From Pseudomonadales bacterium (lineage in GTDB: Bacteria > Pseudomonadota > Gammaproteobacteria > Pseudomonadales > Azotimanducaceae), in contig JADHNQ010000001.1 in assembly GCA_016779425.1 (NCBI GenBank), positions 1 to 37,954 of the forward strand: DNA of 37,954 nt, in the 5' to 3' direction. Shown here piece by piece: positions 18,360 to 31,371 of the stretch. The position numbers and the translations under genes were made by a program. Under the pieces are notes generated by a model. That model did no database searches and was not told where the DNA came from. It saw nothing but the letters and a program-made list of their open reading frames with translations. The stretch's first letter is position 1. The number at the start of each line of letters is the position of its first letter.

Positions 18360-19578
18360 GCCCAGTTCAAAAGAACCCGTTGTTATAGGCCTGTTGGCCG
18401 GCGAGCCCTCCGGCGATTTATTGGGCGCCGGATTAATGACTGCGTTGCGAGCGATGCTGCAGGATCGGGAAGTGACGTTTATGGGCGTTGGGGGCGCGCG
18501 CATGCAGGCCGCGGGGCTCATCTGCTTGGCCGACTTCGAAACCCTCTCCGTTAATGGATTTCGTGAACCGATACTGCGTCTGCCACAGCTTTATCGTCTT
18601 TATCGAGAGCTCTCGACGAAGTTGGTCGAGGCGCGGGTCGATGCCTTCGTGGGTATAGACTTCAATGTCTTTAACTTTCTCCTCGAGGCACGACTCAAGC
18701 GCCAGGGCATACCCACAGCACACTACGTGAGTCCGTCCGTCTATGCCTGGCGTCGAGGGCGAACCAAAAAAGTCGCGCGCAGCGCGGACAAGTTATTTTG
18801 TCTCTTTCCATTTGAGCCCGCGTTCTATGCCAGCCACGACGTCGATGCGCGGTTTATCGGTCACCCAATGGCCGCAGAAATTCCTCGCGAAGCCGGTAGC
18901 GATGAGGCGCGGAAAGAGGCTCGGCTCAGCCTTGGATTGGACTCAAATGACATCATATTGGCGGTGCTGCCTGGAAGCCGAGGCAGTGAAGTCGAGCTTA
19001 TGCTGACGCCCATGCTGCAAGCAGCCCAAAGATTCGCGGAAGCGCGGCCTGCTTCAAATCGATCTGTACGCGTCATCATTCCCTGTGTGAACGGAGCCCG
19101 CTATGCACAAGTCGCTCCGATCGCGGAAAAATTTGGACACCTTAACCCCTGCCTGTATCAGGGCGATGCGCGCTCACCCTTGGTCGCCTGCGACTTAGCG
19201 CTGGTTAAGTCCGGCACGAGTACCTTGGAAGCAATGCTTTTGCGCAGACCCATGGTGGTTACCTATCGGTTGGGCTACTGGACCTTTCTTATCGCCAATT
19301 CCCTGCTTCGAACCCCGTTTATTGCTGTGCCAAATATTCTTGCTGGACGCATGCTTGTTCCTGAACTGGTGCAGAAGACTGCTACACCGGAAGCCATGTG
19401 TAAGGCGCTTGGAACAGTATTCGATACGGCGCAGACGAATACTGAGCAGCTGCAGGTGTTTGAAGAGCTGCACAGAAAGTTAGCAGGTGGATCCACCGGG
19501 TTGGGCGCGTCCGCCGAAGCAGCCCAGGGAGTTGTCGATCTGTTAAAAGAGCGAGCAAAACTGCCTGTAGACACCTAA
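18352..19578 (+). CDS. lpxB: Lipid A disaccharide synthase
   Basis: Probable GTG start at 18352 (or 18349); motifs AGEPSGDLLG, HYVSPSVYAWR, LFPFE, FIGHP, LPGSR, SGTSTLE, PNILA, PELVQ. Confidence 0.94.
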   Translation: MTEPSSKEPVVIGLLAGEPSGDLLGAGLMTALRAMLQDREVTFMGVGGARMQAAGLICLADFETLSVNGFREPILRLPQLYRLYRELSTKLVEARVDAFVGIDFNVFNFLLEARLKRQGIPTAHYVSPSVYAWRRGRTKKVARSADKLFCLFPFEPAFYASHDVDARFIGHPMAAEIPREAGSDEARKEARLSLGLDSNDIILAVLPGSRGSEVELMLTPMLQAAQRFAEARPASNRSVRVIIPCVNGARYAQVAPIAEKFGHLNPCLYQGDARSPLVACDLALVKSGTSTLEAMLLRRPMVVTYRLGYWTFLIANSLLRTPFIAVPNILAGRMLVPELVQKTATPEAMCKALGTVFDTAQTNTEQLQVFEELHRKLAGGSTGLGASAEAAQGVVDLLKERAKLPVDT

Positions 19579-19658
19579 CTTGATCTGCAAGGTTTTCTCG
19601 TCGCAGCGGTCAAGGTAATGTTGTCGCTCAAGCCCAGGGAATTCGAAAACCAGCCTTC

Positions 19659-20297
19659 ATGCAGATATCTTCCTCGAATCCATCAGCCCCGTCGGCCCAA
19701 TCGGCCTCTTCGGCCAATGTTGCAGGCGTTGACGAGGTTGGTATCGGCCCCCTTGCCGGGCCCGTCGTCGCCTGTGCGGTGATTTTAGACCCGGCGGACT
19801 GCATTGATGGCCTAGATGATTCCAAGAGTATGAGCGAGAAGCGCCGCGAGGCCCTGGCCAAGGAGATTCAGGCTCGCGCACTTTGCGTCAGCATTGGACG
19901 GGCCAGTGTCGAGGAAATAGATCGTTTAAACGTACTGCAGGCAAGTCACTTAGCCATGCAGCGAGCGGTTGCAGGTTTGTCCGTTACCCCAGACCACGTG
20001 CTTGTCGATGGCAACAAGGTGCCAGACCTTGGTATTTCAACCGAGGCGATCGTGCAGGGCGATAAGACGGTGCCAGCCATCTCTGCTGCTTCCATCGTCG
20101 CCAAGGTCGAACGGGATGCGGAGCTCGTTGCCCTGGCAGAGCAGTATCCTGAATACGGTTTTGAGTCGCATAAAGGGTATCCCACAGCGAAGCATCGGCG
20201 TGCGCTGCGAGAGATCGGGCCTTGTCCAGCGCATCGGAGGAGTTATGCGCCGGTACAAAAGGCGCTGGCCTGGCAGTCACGTGAGGATTGGGAGTGA
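19659..20297 (+). CDS. rnhB: Ribonuclease HII
   Basis: Motifs [45 protein letters not shown]. Confidence 0.96.
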   Translation: MQISSSNPSAPSAQSASSANVAGVDEVGIGPLAGPVVACAVILDPADCIDGLDDSKSMSEKRREALAKEIQARALCVSIGRASVEEIDRLNVLQASHLAMQRAVAGLSVTPDHVLVDGNKVPDLGISTEAIVQGDKTVPAISAASIVAKVERDAELVALAEQYPEYGFESHKGYPTAKHRRALREIGPCPAHRRSYAPVQKALAWQSREDWE

Positions 20298-23200
20298 ACC
20301 TAAGCGTATCTACTGCCGATGGTGAGACCTCCTCTTCGACGGCAGCGCAATTCGTGCACCTTCACACGCACAGTGAGTTCTCGCTGGCTGAGGGCCTGCT
20401 AAAAGTAAAGAGCGCCGTTGGTGAGGCGACCCAACGTCATATCCCTGCCATGGCGTTGACCGACCGCAACAATTTATTTGCGCTGGTCAAGTTTTATGAG
20501 ACCAGCCTCGCCAAGGGCGTTAAGCCCATTCTCGGTGCCGAGCTCTGGATCAGCCCTCAGGGACAAGAGCCCGCAGGGCGCATCGTCGCATTGGCCCAGA
20601 ATGAGGCCGGCTACAAAAATTTGCTCGCGCTCATCTCTTATAGCTATACCGAGGCCGAGCAGCGAGGTGAAGTTGACGAACAATTCTTCTTCGATCATCA
20701 ACAGGGGTTGATCGTGCTCTCGGGCGGTGTTGGTGGGCACCTATGGCAGAGTGTTAGCAATGCGGATCTGCAAACAGCCACGGCGACGCTAGCGCGCTGG
20801 CGCACAGTTTTTGGAGACCGCTACTACTTGGAGCTGACCCGTACCGGGCGCCCCAACGAAGAGGCGTTTATTGCGTGGGCTGTCGAGCAGTCCCAACAAC
20901 ACGCAGTCGCCGTGGTTGCCACCAATGACGTGTGTTTTTTGGATCCTGACGATTTTGAAGCGCACGAAACTCGCGTATGCATAAATCAAGGCCGTACCCT
21001 GGACGATTCACGTCGACCTCGGACGCACAGTGCGCAACAGTATTTGCGCAGTGCCGAGGAAATGAACGCACTTTTTGCGGATATTCCCCAGGCAATCGAC
21101 AATGCTATTGAAATCGGCATGCGCTGCAACGTGCAGGTATCACTAGGCACATACTACCTCCCGGACTACCCGATACCTGATAACAAAACACCAGAGCAAT
21201 ACCTCAAAGACGTTTCTCTAGAAGGACTCAACCAGCGATTGTCAGTGCCTAGAGAGAACGCCTTTGGCGATGCTTTTGCCAGTCCCGAGGCCTATAGCGA
21301 GCGGCTAGAGTTTGAGCTGAACGTCATCAATCAGATGGGTTTTGCGGGCTATTTTCTGATCGTCATGGAGTTTATCGCCTGGGCAAAAAGCAACCACATA
21401 CCGGTGGGGCCTGGGCGGGGGTCTGGCGGTGGGTCCTTGGTAGCCTACGCATTGGGTATCACTGACCTCGACCCGTTGGAATATGACCTGCTGTTCGAGC
21501 GCTTTTTGAATCCTGAGCGCGTCTCTATGCCGGACTTCGACGTAGACTTTTGCATGGAAGGGCGGGACAAAGTGATCGCCCATGTCAGCGAGATGTATGG
21601 ATTCGAGGCGGTCAGCCAGATTATAACCTTTGGCACCATGGCCGCCAAAGCCGTGGTGCGCGACGTAGCTCGAGTGCAGGGCAAGCCCTACAGCCTGGCA
21701 GACAAGCTCTCCAAACTGATTCCCTTTGAAGTAGGCATGACCCTTAGCAAGGCCATGGAGGATAGCGAGGAGTTACGAAGCTTCGTCAATGACAATGACG
21801 AAGTGGCTGAAATCATGGAGATGGCCTACAAACTCGAAGGGATTGTGCGCAATGTTGGACGGCATGCCGGCGGGGTTGTGATCGCACCCTCAGCGCTCAC
21901 GGACTTTGTGCCACTGTATGCGGAGGACGCTGGGACGGGTCTGGTTTCCCAATACGATAAAGATGATGTTGAACGCGCGGGCTTGGTCAAATTCGACTTC
22001 TTGGGCCTTAAAACCCTCACGATCATCGACTGGGCAGTGAAAAGTATCAACGCCCAGCGCAAAAGCGATGAAACCCCGCTGCGCATCGAAGACTTACCTC
22101 TGGGTGACAAGCCAACTTTCGACTTGTTGCGTCGAGCAGAGACCACGGGCATTTTTCAGCTGGAAAGCCGTGGCATGAAGGATCTGATTCGTCGCCTGCT
22201 GCCGGACAGTATCAATGACATCATCGCCCTTGTGGCCTTGTTCCGACCCGGACCGCTGCAGTCCGGGGCCGTTGACGACTACATCAACCGTAAGCACGGC
22301 GACGAGCCGGTTTCCTTTCCCCATCCAAGCCTGGATACGGTTTTAGAGGGCACCTATGGGGTGGTTTTATACCAAGAACAGGTGATGCAAATTGCCCAGG
22401 TGCTTGCCGGGTTTAGTCTCGGTCAGGCCGACTTGCTGCGCCGGGCCATGGGTAAGAAGAAAGCCGAAGAAATGGCAAAGGTACGAGCTCAGTTCCTGCA
22501 GGGCACGGGTGAGCGGAGTGTGGATGCCGGCTTGGCGAACGAAATTTTCGATCTGATGGAAAAATTTGCTGGCTACGCGTTCAACAAATCGCATTCGGCC
22601 ACCTACGCTTTATTGAGCTTTCAAACGGCTTGGTTAAAAACGCACTATCCCGCGGAGTTTATGGCCGCCAACCTATCTGCGGATATGCAGAATATTGACC
22701 GCGTCGTGGTGCTCATCGATGAGGTCAGGCGGATGAAGCTGAACCTGCTGCCGCCGTCGGTCAACAAAAGTGAATTTCGATTTTGTGCCCAAGACGGCGC
22801 CGTGATTTATGGGCTCGGGGCCGTGCGCGGTGTCGGGGAAGGCCCTGTTGAAGCCATCGTGGCTGCTCGCCAAACAGCGCCATTTCGGGATCTTGCTGAC
22901 TTTTGTCAGCGTTTGGACACAAAGAAAGTGAACAAACGCGTACTCGAGGCTCTGATAAATGCAGGCGCCATGGACGACTTCAAAGCCGAGGGTGAAAATC
23001 TGAATCAGCATCGCGCACAGCTCCTCGCCCAGATGCCCCAAGCGATGCAGGGCGCTGAGCAGGTCGCTCGAGACGCAGCGGCTGGGATGACGGATTTGTT
23101 TGGCGGTATCGCCGAGACTGTGAACGAACCGTGCCTGACGCCCACACCGGTAGCACCCATGAGTGCCATGCAGCGTCTGAATGGTGAAAAAGACGCGCTG

Positions 23201-23818
23201 GGGTTGTTTCTGACCGGTCATCCCATCGATGGCTACGAGGAAGAGATCCGCCAGTTTTGTCGCACGCCCATCAAGGATCTACGTACGGGTAAGCAGAGCC
23301 AGTGGGTGGCTGGCATGGTGGTCAGCCAGCGCGTGATGAAAACCAAACGCGGTACTTCCATGGCCTTTCTCGTGCTGGATGATCGAACTTCGCGGCTAGA
23401 GGTATCTTTGTTCAGTGAAGCCTTCGAGCAGTACGGCGGCAAAATCAGTAAGGATGCACTCTTGGTTGTTGAAGGTGAGATACAGCACGATGAGTACAAC
23501 GGCGGTATGGCGTTAAGAGCCAGCCGAATTCTGACCATAGACGAGGCGCGGCAACGCTTTAGCCGGGTGCTGCATCTGGATTTCTCAAAGGCACCGCTGC
23601 CGGAGGATTTTAATCTGCGCCTTAAGCATGTGGTCGAAAGTCACCGCGCCGCGCACCAGGTTACGATCCAGGAATGCCCCATTGTGCTGTCTTATCAACA
23701 CGCTGGCGCCGTCGCGAAAATTGCCTTGGGTGAAAAATGGCGGGTTCAGGTCTGCGAAAGTTTGTTGCAGTCACTGGCGCAGTCCTTCGGCCAAGACCGC
23801 GTCAATCTTCAGTATTAA
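20294..23818 (+). CDS. dnaE: DNA polymerase III alpha subunit
   Basis: GTG at 20294 (GTGA overlap with rnhB, SD GAGGA); PHP domain (FVHLHTHS), GPGRGS, catalytic [24 protein letters not shown]; no intein apparent. Confidence 0.98.
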   Translation: MNLSVSTADGETSSSTAAQFVHLHTHSEFSLAEGLLKVKSAVGEATQRHIPAMALTDRNNLFALVKFYETSLAKGVKPILGAELWISPQGQEPAGRIVALAQNEAGYKNLLALISYSYTEAEQRGEVDEQFFFDHQQGLIVLSGGVGGHLWQSVSNADLQTATATLARWRTVFGDRYYLELTRTGRPNEEAFIAWAVEQSQQHAVAVVATNDVCFLDPDDFEAHETRVCINQGRTLDDSRRPRTHSAQQYLRSAEEMNALFADIPQAIDNAIEIGMRCNVQVSLGTYYLPDYPIPDNKTPEQYLKDVSLEGLNQRLSVPRENAFGDAFASPEAYSERLEFELNVINQMGFAGYFLIVMEFIAWAKSNHIPVGPGRGSGGGSLVAYALGITDLDPLEYDLLFERFLNPERVSMPDFDVDFCMEGRDKVIAHVSEMYGFEAVSQIITFGTMAAKAVVRDVARVQGKPYSLADKLSKLIPFEVGMTLSKAMEDSEELRSFVNDNDEVAEIMEMAYKLEGIVRNVGRHAGGVVIAPSALTDFVPLYAEDAGTGLVSQYDKDDVERAGLVKFDFLGLKTLTIIDWAVKSINAQRKSDETPLRIEDLPLGDKPTFDLLRRAETTGIFQLESRGMKDLIRRLLPDSINDIIALVALFRPGPLQSGAVDDYINRKHGDEPVSFPHPSLDTVLEGTYGVVLYQEQVMQIAQVLAGFSLGQADLLRRAMGKKKAEEMAKVRAQFLQGTGERSVDAGLANEIFDLMEKFAGYAFNKSHSATYALLSFQTAWLKTHYPAEFMAANLSADMQNIDRVVVLIDEVRRMKLNLLPPSVNKSEFRFCAQDGAVIYGLGAVRGVGEGPVEAIVAARQTAPFRDLADFCQRLDTKKVNKRVLEALINAGAMDDFKAEGENLNQHRAQLLAQMPQAMQGAEQVARDAAAGMTDLFGGIAETVNEPCLTPTPVAPMSAMQRLNGEKDALGLFLTGHPIDGYEEEIRQFCRTPIKDLRTGKQSQWVAGMVVSQRVMKTKRGTSMAFLVLDDRTSRLEVSLFSEAFEQYGGKISKDALLVVEGEIQHDEYNGGMALRASRILTIDEARQRFSRVLHLDFSKAPLPEDFNLRLKHVVESHRAAHQVTIQECPIVLSYQHAGAVAKIALGEKWRVQVCESLLQSLAQSFGQDRVNLQY

Positions 23819-23844
23819 AGTGTTTAAAAACAGATATTTATAAG

Positions 23845-25167
23845 ATGTTTCAAGAAATCACTGAAGCTCTTGAGCGATCACTTCAACAAGTGCGAGGTCA
23901 CGCACATGGACACCGGGGGCGTGTTTTTGTCGCCCTTAGCGGCGGAGCTGATTCCACTGCTTTGTTGCACAGCGCTCAGGCTTTGCTGCAGGGTGGCGAA
24001 GAGCTATACGCGCTCCATGCAAACCATCAGCTGCATACAAAGTCGGGCCAGTGGATGGCGCACTGCCAGGCGCTTTGCCGATCCCTGGGCGTGCCCTTGA
24101 TTGCCGAGTCCTTGACCGTATCTGCCGAGGGCAATCTTGAGGCGGCGGCTCGCCAGGCGCGCTACGAATTCTTCGCGCGGCACCTTGGTCCGAACGATAT
24201 TTTGATGCTAGCCCATCATCGGCAAGATCAGCTTGAATCTGTCTTGCTGCGGCTCTTCCAGGGCAGGGGAGTAATGCCAATGCGTGGGCAGGGCGCGCTC
24301 GGCGCGGGGCATTTTGTTCGCCCGTTCATGAATATTGAAAAACAGCTGTTGACCCAGTACCTCGTCAGTCACGACGTTGGCTGGATCGAGGATCCTAGCA
24401 ATCGCGATCTGGCTTTTGATCGAAACTACCTCAGACATCGGGTAACTGGCGAAATACTCGCCCGCTGGCCCAATGTGGGGAGCGCGGTGCAGCGGGTTTC
24501 GGAATCCGCGCTCACCCAGCGACAGCTGCTGGCGCATTTAGTGAGCAAAACGGGTGATACCGTGCCCTTGAGTGAGCTACCGCCAATTCAGGGTCTGGCC
24601 TTAGTCTGGTTACGAATCTACCTTGGGCTGCGCGGGCACTACGATGTTTCAGATGCATCCATAGGGGAGTTTTTACGGCAGCAAACACAGGGTGCCAAGG
24701 CTCAGCTGGAGCTGGGTTCGGACCGGCTGTATGCATGGCAAGACACCCTCTATTTTGAGCGAGTATCGCCCAATACTCCAACGCTCCGAGACCATTTGAC
24801 CGTGAGCATTCCGTCCTCGGTCGATTGGGGACGCTATCAGTTATCCTTTGCCGAGTGCTCTGAAAGTGCCGCCGATGCCATTGCCTATGCCGGGGAGATG
24901 AGGCTCACCTGCCGCGACAGGCTGCAAGAGCATCCGTCCTTGGCAGAATCGTCCCTCAAGAAACGATTCCAGCAGGCGCAAATACCGCCCTGGCAGCGGG
25001 GCACCTACCCAATATGCCTTGATGCGGAGGGTCTCGTGGTGATTCCAGGAGTCTGGCGGCGCAGCGCGTTAGCGCTCTCATCAACCGCAGCTAGGGGCGC
25101 TTCGACCAAGGCCAAGCACTGTACGGTCTTCTGTCAGCCCGTCGCTGCTGCTATGACAGAAACCTAG
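23845..25167 (+). CDS. tilS: tRNA(Ile)-lysidine synthase
   Basis: Start moved to ATG 23845; PP-loop ALSGGADS, EAAARQARY, AHH..DQ.E, RPF, WIEDPSN, DRNYLRH, C-terminal LKKRFQQAQIPPWQR. Confidence 0.95.
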   Translation: MFQEITEALERSLQQVRGHAHGHRGRVFVALSGGADSTALLHSAQALLQGGEELYALHANHQLHTKSGQWMAHCQALCRSLGVPLIAESLTVSAEGNLEAAARQARYEFFARHLGPNDILMLAHHRQDQLESVLLRLFQGRGVMPMRGQGALGAGHFVRPFMNIEKQLLTQYLVSHDVGWIEDPSNRDLAFDRNYLRHRVTGEILARWPNVGSAVQRVSESALTQRQLLAHLVSKTGDTVPLSELPPIQGLALVWLRIYLGLRGHYDVSDASIGEFLRQQTQGAKAQLELGSDRLYAWQDTLYFERVSPNTPTLRDHLTVSIPSSVDWGRYQLSFAECSESAADAIAYAGEMRLTCRDRLQEHPSLAESSLKKRFQQAQIPPWQRGTYPICLDAEGLVVIPGVWRRSALALSSTAARGASTKAKHCTVFCQPVAAAMTET

Positions 25168-25198
25168 GGCATAGACCGAGGATTTTCTGCTTTGAAGA

Positions 25199-25233
25199 TT
25201 GAGCTTGGCGGGGTGACCTGTTAGTTTATCCGT

Positions 25234-25236
<3 letters not shown>
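25199..25236 (+). promoter_or_regulatory. Predicted sigma70 promoter of pyrG
   Basis: TTGAGC(25199-25204)-17 nt-TAGTTT(25222-25227) with extended TG at 25219-25220; TCCA at positions 6-9 downstream of the -10. Confidence 0.5.
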
Positions 25237-26970
<1,734 letters not shown>

Positions 26971-27061
26971 CGACGCCTTGGGTATTGGGGTGGATGTCAT
27001 CATGCTGTGCCAGCCGATCTACCAACAAAAGAACTGTGTCCGCAATCACCGAGGGTAAGCC

Positions 27062-27898
27062 ATGCAGCTAGCCAATATGAATGTCGGGAACGGACAGCCC
27101 CTTTTCGTTATCGCGGGGCCCTGCGTCATCGAATCAGAAAGCATGATCATGAATACTGCACAAAGCCTAAAAAAAGTGGGGGAAGAACTGGGCATTGGCC
27201 TAATCTTTAAAAGCTCCTTCGATAAAGCCAACCGTTCTGCTATCGACAGCTATCGTGGGCCAGGCATTGAAGAAGGACTGCGAATACTGCAAAAAGTCAA
27301 AATCGAGCTGGAGATGCCGGTGCTTACTGATGTTCATGAGGATACGCCCCTGGATGAAGTCGCTAGCGTCGTCGATGTCATGCAAACCCCTGCTTTCCTG
27401 TGTCGTCAAACCAATTTCATCGTCAAAGTGTGTGAGCAGGGCACTCCCGTGAACATCAAAAAAGGACAGTTTCTGGCGCCACTGGACATGGTCCATGTGG
27501 CCAATAAAGCGCTCTCAACCGGAAATCAGCAAGTAATGGTCTGCGAGCGTGGTGCCAGTTTTGGCTATAACAATTTAGTCTCTGATATGCGCTCATTGGC
27601 GCTGATGCGTCAGACGCGCTGTCCAGTGGTTTATGATGCTACGCACTCTGTCCAGATGCCGGGTGGACAAGGCACAACGTCCGGTGGTCAACGGGAAATG
27701 GTGCCGGTGCTGGCTCGTGCGGCTGTTGCTGCGGGCATAGACGGGCTGTTTATGGAATGTCATCCGAACCCAACTGAGGCCAAATCCGATGGCCCCAACT
27801 CATGGCCGCTGGCTCTGGTGAGTCAATTGCTGGGGCAGCTGCAGGCGATTGATGCCACGGTTAAGGCATCACCACGCCTTGAAGATTTAGTTAACTAA
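27062..27898 (+). CDS. kdsA: KDO 8-phosphate synthase
   Basis: Motifs [54 protein letters not shown]. Confidence 0.97.
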   Translation: MQLANMNVGNGQPLFVIAGPCVIESESMIMNTAQSLKKVGEELGIGLIFKSSFDKANRSAIDSYRGPGIEEGLRILQKVKIELEMPVLTDVHEDTPLDEVASVVDVMQTPAFLCRQTNFIVKVCEQGTPVNIKKGQFLAPLDMVHVANKALSTGNQQVMVCERGASFGYNNLVSDMRSLALMRQTRCPVVYDATHSVQMPGGQGTTSGGQREMVPVLARAAVAAGIDGLFMECHPNPTEAKSDGPNSWPLALVSQLLGQLQAIDATVKASPRLEDLVN

Positions 27899-27918
27899 AC
27901 CCGCGATAAGAGAAATAA

Positions 27919-29223
<1,305 letters not shown>

Positions 29224-29245
29224 ACAGGCCAAGGGTTGCCAGGTC

Positions 29246-29524
29246 ATGAAAGTAGTTATCGGTATCATGTTATTGGTGGTTCTGTTGCTGCAGCAGCAAC
29301 TGTGGTTTGGCCAATCCGGTTATTTTGAACGCAAAGCATTGGCGGAGAGACTTGCCGAACAGCAAACCCGTACTGAGGCGCTTGCTTTGCGTAACGCCAA
29401 GATGACGGCAGAAGTGCTTGCCTTGAAAAGTGATACCTCTGCATTTGAATCTCGTGCTCGCAGTGAGCTGGGTATGGTCAAAGAAGGCGAAGTGTTCTAC
29501 CTGACCCCGGAGCCTGAAAATTAG
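29246..29524 (+). CDS. ftsB: Cell division protein FtsB
   Basis: Start moved to ATG 29246; TM helix, LWFG, coiled coil, E.RAR.ELGMVK.GE; follows eno. Confidence 0.92.
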   Translation: MKVVIGIMLLVVLLLQQQLWFGQSGYFERKALAERLAEQQTRTEALALRNAKMTAEVLALKSDTSAFESRARSELGMVKEGEVFYLTPEPEN

Positions 29525-30573
29525 TGGCTGTTGGTAACCCACTAAATTTGAGCCAGGCCCGGGGAATTACCCGCTCTCGCGCAGGCATCAAGGCATATCC
29601 TGAAGACTGGCGCGTCACCGAAGATCTTGATCGAACGTTCGCCGACACCGGTGAGCATATCTATCTGTACATACGCAAACGGTGTTTGAGCACCATTCCC
29701 GTGGCCAGTCGGCTCGCCAAGGCATTTGATGTGCCAGCGATGGACGTTGGCTTCGCGGGAATGAAAGATAAACATGCGGTCACTGAGCAATGGTTTAGCG
29801 TTCGCGATCCATCCCAAGACACAGGTTTCGATGTTAGTCGGCTGAATCAGACCGAGGGTGATCAGGAGATTGAAGTGCTGCACTGTCGGCGCGACGGCAA
29901 AAAACTGCGGCGAGGCGAGCATCAGGCGAATCGCTTTTCTATCGTGCTGCGAGACGTTGTGGCGGAGATTGATCAAGCGCAATTACGGTGTCGTTTAGAA
30001 TTGGGTTTTCCCAACTATTTTGGCCCCCAGCGTTTTGGTCGTCATAACCTCGACGATGCGCTTGATTGGCTGCGACATCGGCGAGATCAAGGCCGCTACC
30101 GACGTTTGTCACAGCGGCAAAAAGGCTGGCATCTGTCGGTTTTGCGGAGCTGGGTCTTTAATGAACTGCTGGCGGGTAGGGTACGGGACGAAACCTGGCA
30201 AATCTGTCTTGATGGTGATGATGTGGGGCCCAGTCAAACCGGCCAAGCAGACATACCCTACGGTCCCTTGTGGGGGCGCGGTAAAAATACGTTGTCAGGC
30301 CCAGCCTTAAAAAGACAAGAGCATCGGATGGCAGAGGTGAGAACGCCCGATGAAGAGCAATCCTTGAGCGAGGTCTGCGCTGGGCTTGAGTATGCTGGTG
30401 TAGACCGGGGCCTACGGCCAATGGCTGTGACTCCCCAGAACATCACTATTGCCCATGATCGGCAAGAGGCGACGTTGTCCCTAGCCTTTAGCCTACCGGT
30501 AGGAGCCTACGCCACAGTGCTTTTGGGCCAGTGGTTTGATCTGCAAGATCTCAGTTTGGCGTCCGCGTCGTGA
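29524..30573 (+). CDS. truD: tRNA pseudouridine(13) synthase
   Basis: Motifs GEH, catalytic FAGMKDKHAVTEQW, NRF.I.LR, PNYFGPQRFG, FSLPVGAYAT. Confidence 0.94.
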   Translation: MAVGNPLNLSQARGITRSRAGIKAYPEDWRVTEDLDRTFADTGEHIYLYIRKRCLSTIPVASRLAKAFDVPAMDVGFAGMKDKHAVTEQWFSVRDPSQDTGFDVSRLNQTEGDQEIEVLHCRRDGKKLRRGEHQANRFSIVLRDVVAEIDQAQLRCRLELGFPNYFGPQRFGRHNLDDALDWLRHRRDQGRYRRLSQRQKGWHLSVLRSWVFNELLAGRVRDETWQICLDGDDVGPSQTGQADIPYGPLWGRGKNTLSGPALKRQEHRMAEVRTPDEEQSLSEVCAGLEYAGVDRGLRPMAVTPQNITIAHDRQEATLSLAFSLPVGAYATVLLGQWFDLQDLSLASAS

Positions 30574-31235
30574 GTCAATTTGACCTCCAGGGTATTGGGA
30601 TGACGTCCCAGCGCACGCGAGACCGTCTCGTCGCGAGGTTGCGTGAGCGGGAAATAGAAGACGAGGTTGTTTTAAGTTTGATCGGGTCTGTACCCAGGCA
30701 TATTTTTATCGACGAGGCATGGGGGCACCGGGCTTACGAAGACTCGTCCTTGCCCATCGGGCATGGTCAGACGATCTCGCAGCCTTTCATCGTAGCCCTT
30801 ATGAGTCAGCTCCTGAATGAAACGCCTCGTCAGCGCGTGCTTGAGGTGGGAACAGGTTCGGGATACCAAACCGCGATTCTGGCCGGGCTGTGCGAGCGCC
30901 TGTTCAGTATCGAGCGTATCGAAGCTCTAGTGCCGCGTGCTAAGGCGCGTTTGACGGCGATGGCTCTGCGCAATATCACCCTGCGTCATGGCGACGGATA
31001 CGCTGGCTGGCCGGAAAAAGGCCCTTTTGACGGGATTTTGGTGACCGCAGCCCCCCCAGAGGTACCCGGAGCACTGCTCGACCAACTCGCTGTTGGCGGC
31101 CGGCTGATCGTTCCCGTTGGTACAGATCAGTCCCAGTCGTTAAAAGTGATCGACCGCACCGAGCAGGGCTTAGTCGAAACCATTCACGAGCGAGTACACT
31201 TTGTCCCTCTGGTTACCGGAATCGCGAAACAGTAA
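30570..31235 (+). CDS. pcm: Protein-L-isoaspartate O-methyltransferase
   Basis: Motifs GIGMTSQRTR.RL, VPRH.F, GQTISQP, VLEVGTGSGYQ, PFDGILVTAA, FVPL. Confidence 0.97.
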   Translation: MSQFDLQGIGMTSQRTRDRLVARLREREIEDEVVLSLIGSVPRHIFIDEAWGHRAYEDSSLPIGHGQTISQPFIVALMSQLLNETPRQRVLEVGTGSGYQTAILAGLCERLFSIERIEALVPRAKARLTAMALRNITLRHGDGYAGWPEKGPFDGILVTAAPPEVPGALLDQLAVGGRLIVPVGTDQSQSLKVIDRTEQGLVETIHERVHFVPLVTGIAKQ

Positions 31236-31371
31236 CGACAATAACTCAGAGCTTAGGCACATGAGCACGCAAGGGCCCACGGGGGCGCATAAAGCACGAA
31301 CAGCACAAGCGACAACACAACGGAGATCGGAGCGAAAACTTAGGCTCAGATCGGTACAGGAAGCGCAGTAA

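Noticed and set aside
19579-19615. CTTGATC...GGTCAAG hairpin after lpxB
   Set aside because: The stem is imperfect and has no U-tract, so it cannot be supported as a terminator.
20294-23818. Intein or active PHP exonuclease in DnaE
   Set aside because: The length is normal with no intein motifs. Several PHP metal ligands look substituted (TDRN, NDVC), which is ordinary for proteobacterial DnaE.
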